Assembly (NCBI GenBank): GCA_965202585.1
Contig: OZ241831.1
Location: 17,918,001-17,982,000 of the forward strand
Reading direction: 5' to 3'
Origin: Thalia democratica
Taxonomy: Eukaryota
DNA: 64,000 nucleotides
Both the position numbers and the translations under genes were made by a program. Of the stretch, positions 61,938-64,000 are shown piece after piece; position 1 is the stretch's first letter, and each line of letters starts with the position of its first letter. The notes under the pieces were generated by a model. It was not told the origin of the DNA, did not search any database, and saw nothing but the letters and a program-made list of their open reading frames with translations.

Positions 61938-62092
61938 CTTCACGTTCTTTGTATTTTTCAGGTTCGAGCGCTTTTGAAATCAATTTCTGAGCTTCTTTGA
62001 CGCGCAGCATCGCATCGTCCATGGCCTCAGCATCGGCCGGGTTTTTCTTAGGAGGTGGCGGCTTCACTATGATTATATTCGACGGACTTATC
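61938..62092 (-). CDS. SREK1: SREK1-like exon (ISPSNIIIVKPPPP...DAMLRVKEAQKLISKALEPEKYKERE)
   Basis: Matches the post-RRM motif of SREK1/SRSF11 (INHS-NAIVKP...MKRVREAQS-ISAAIEP); tattctag| acceptor; donor at 61937 or 61934. Confidence 0.88.
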
Positions 62093-62480
62093 CTAGAATA
62101 AGTAGCATTTTAGGGTTTATTTAGCATTTATTATATTTTTAAGTAATATTTCTTTAAACATCTATTTACCTTCAGATTTTATGCTTTATTTATACTAATT
62201 TAAAGTTTTTTTTAAGTAATAATTTATGTTTTGTAAGTCTTTTTTTTTTGAGTTTTTTTACATTACTTATTTTTATTGAATATTAATAAATTATAAAATT
62301 GATGTCTAATTGATATAACTTATTTTTTAACTCTTCGTGTGTCTTCTGTTTAAACGGCTTGGGTTTTACTACCAAGTCCAACTTTGAATAATAAACAACA
62401 ATAATATTTATAATATAGATATTTAACATTGGCAACAAATCTTTAACGGTGCAAACTTAAACTTTAAAGTGCGTTCTTAC

Positions 62481-62659
62481 TTGATAGCTCGTTCACACAG
62501 CTTTTTTCCCATGAGTTTGTGCGCCTTAGTGCAGTGGTTGATGCTTCCGAATTCTACAAATCCGTACTTGGTCTCTTTCGTCCCGTCTCCGATTAACCTC
62601 ACCGACTTCACCTCTCCAACTTGCTCAAAAAATTTCGTCAATTTTTCCGTTGTTACCAA
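62481..62659 (-). CDS. SREK1: SREK1-like RRM exon (LVTTEKLTKFFEQVGEVKSVRLIGDGTKETKYGFVEF...ERAIK); upstream exons not located in the window
   Basis: RNP1 KYGFVEF; FF.QVGEVK.VR..GD.T matches the SREK1/SRSF11 RRM; tgtttag| acceptor, AA|gtaaga donor. Confidence 0.9.
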
Positions 62660-64000
62660 CTAAACAATGTGTGCTTATTAAAAATTTACTACTGATTAAT
62701 ACATTTTTATAAATTTTAAATCTAAACCAGGCATACTCGAGAAAGAAATGAACATTTTTTAATAGTAAAAATTTAGTAAGCGTGAGGTAATACACATTTT
62801 ACTCATATTTATTTATAAACTTAATTAAATATATAAACTTGAAAATTTAATATAAGATTTTAAATTAATTATTAGCTTAATCTTTTATTATTGAAACAAT
62901 CTGCTTTAATCATAGAAATGTCTATATAAAGTCAATACTAAGGTAACGTTACTATATAAGGAAGTTCCTAAAATATGAGTGTTCAAGATCATAAAGGAGT
63001 TAAATAACTTTTTTACAACTTCATTTTATTTTGTATAACTGTAACTAAGCTACTAGTTGCTTTCTTACATATATGTAATATTCAAACAAGCTTTTGAGAT
63101 GTAGCCCATTTAAGTCAGAGAGTACAAATAAGTTCATTATGGAGGAGAAAACAAAAACTGTAAAAATCACTAAAATTTTACCTCAGCCTACATTTAGTGA
63201 AATAAAAACCTCAAATGTTCAGGAGATGTCCTTTGAAATATTTATAAAAATACTTAGTATTTTTCTTTTTTTTATAATTAAAAAAGTAAAAGATTTTCTT
63301 TATTAACTTTTAAAGAAAAAAAATTGTAAAATTTTAGCAATTCTTTACGAGATAATTTGTTAAATATTACAAGGTAATTTTCCTAAAAATTTGAGGTATC
63401 TATCTCAAAAAAACGTAAGAAGAGATAGATTTTCTAGTAATTTCTATTTATTTTCCGTTTTAGTTATCTCTTGCTATATAGAACCTATTTTTACTTTTCA
63501 ACTTAAACAAGCTATATCTCAAAAGTAAGTTAGAACATTTGAAATCTGTAAAAAGCAACTTGTAGTTTAGTTGAAACTTGACAAAATAGGATAAATGATT
63601 AAAAAATATATAACCCCCCCTGTTGCTTTAATTATAACATTTTTATTTTACTCTAATGCTAGTTTTTTTGTCTTTTATTTTACTAAAAAAAAATATTTCA
63701 AATTTTGGTTTAGTCCAGAGACTAAAAAATTCGTTTATAACTAATGAAATTATTTTGTAAATTAGTAGAAACTTTTTTGTTTACGATTTATTTCTGAGAT
63801 TGCGGACTGTAAAAATATCAAAATTATAAAAAATTTTTTGAGCTTTTATTTAAAGTTAGCTACACTTTAAAAAATTTATTTAATGTCTATTTAAAAAAAA
63901 AAATAGTATAGAATTCATACTATTATGCTTTAAAATACAAATATTAGTCATTAAATAACATCACTTAATTATTTTTCAATCATCTATACTCATTACTCAT

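Noticed and set aside
2704-63306. Remaining short F/L/I/K-rich ORFs in the supplied track
   Set aside because: They lie in AT-rich introns or MITEs, often start at non-ATG codons, and lack splice-phase consistency or domain signatures.

Overview
AT-rich animal (probably invertebrate) genomic DNA with three spliced genes, all on the minus strand. These are a near-complete MND1 meiotic recombination gene (4 coding exons, 133-4606; the ATG micro-exon is not firmly placed), a complete 3-exon PRD-class Uncx/unc-4-like homeobox gene (12683-21446, about 647 aa) and the 3' five exons of an SREK1-like RRM/RS/EK splicing regulator (55339-62659). Uncx and SREK1 are separated by a ~34 kb gene-free interval dotted with GC/CpG-rich islands. 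Transposon material includes hAT MITEs with 8-bp TSDs, a CAGGGTTG-ended family with 6-bp TSDs, a Mutator-like foldback family with 9-bp TSDs (one 3.4 kb copy nested in a hAT element), and a Penelope-type GIY-YIG remnant. The strongest unexplained signals are (1) a complete minimal type I hammerhead ribozyme of the Penelope pLTR type at 9041-9094 and (2) a paralogous element duplicated 18 kb apart, whose 90-nt core is 86/90 identical and opens a 41-codon ORF of equal length in both copies while the flanks have diverged. Several isolated strong hairpins are also present. All calls were made by eye; no searches or folding programs were run.
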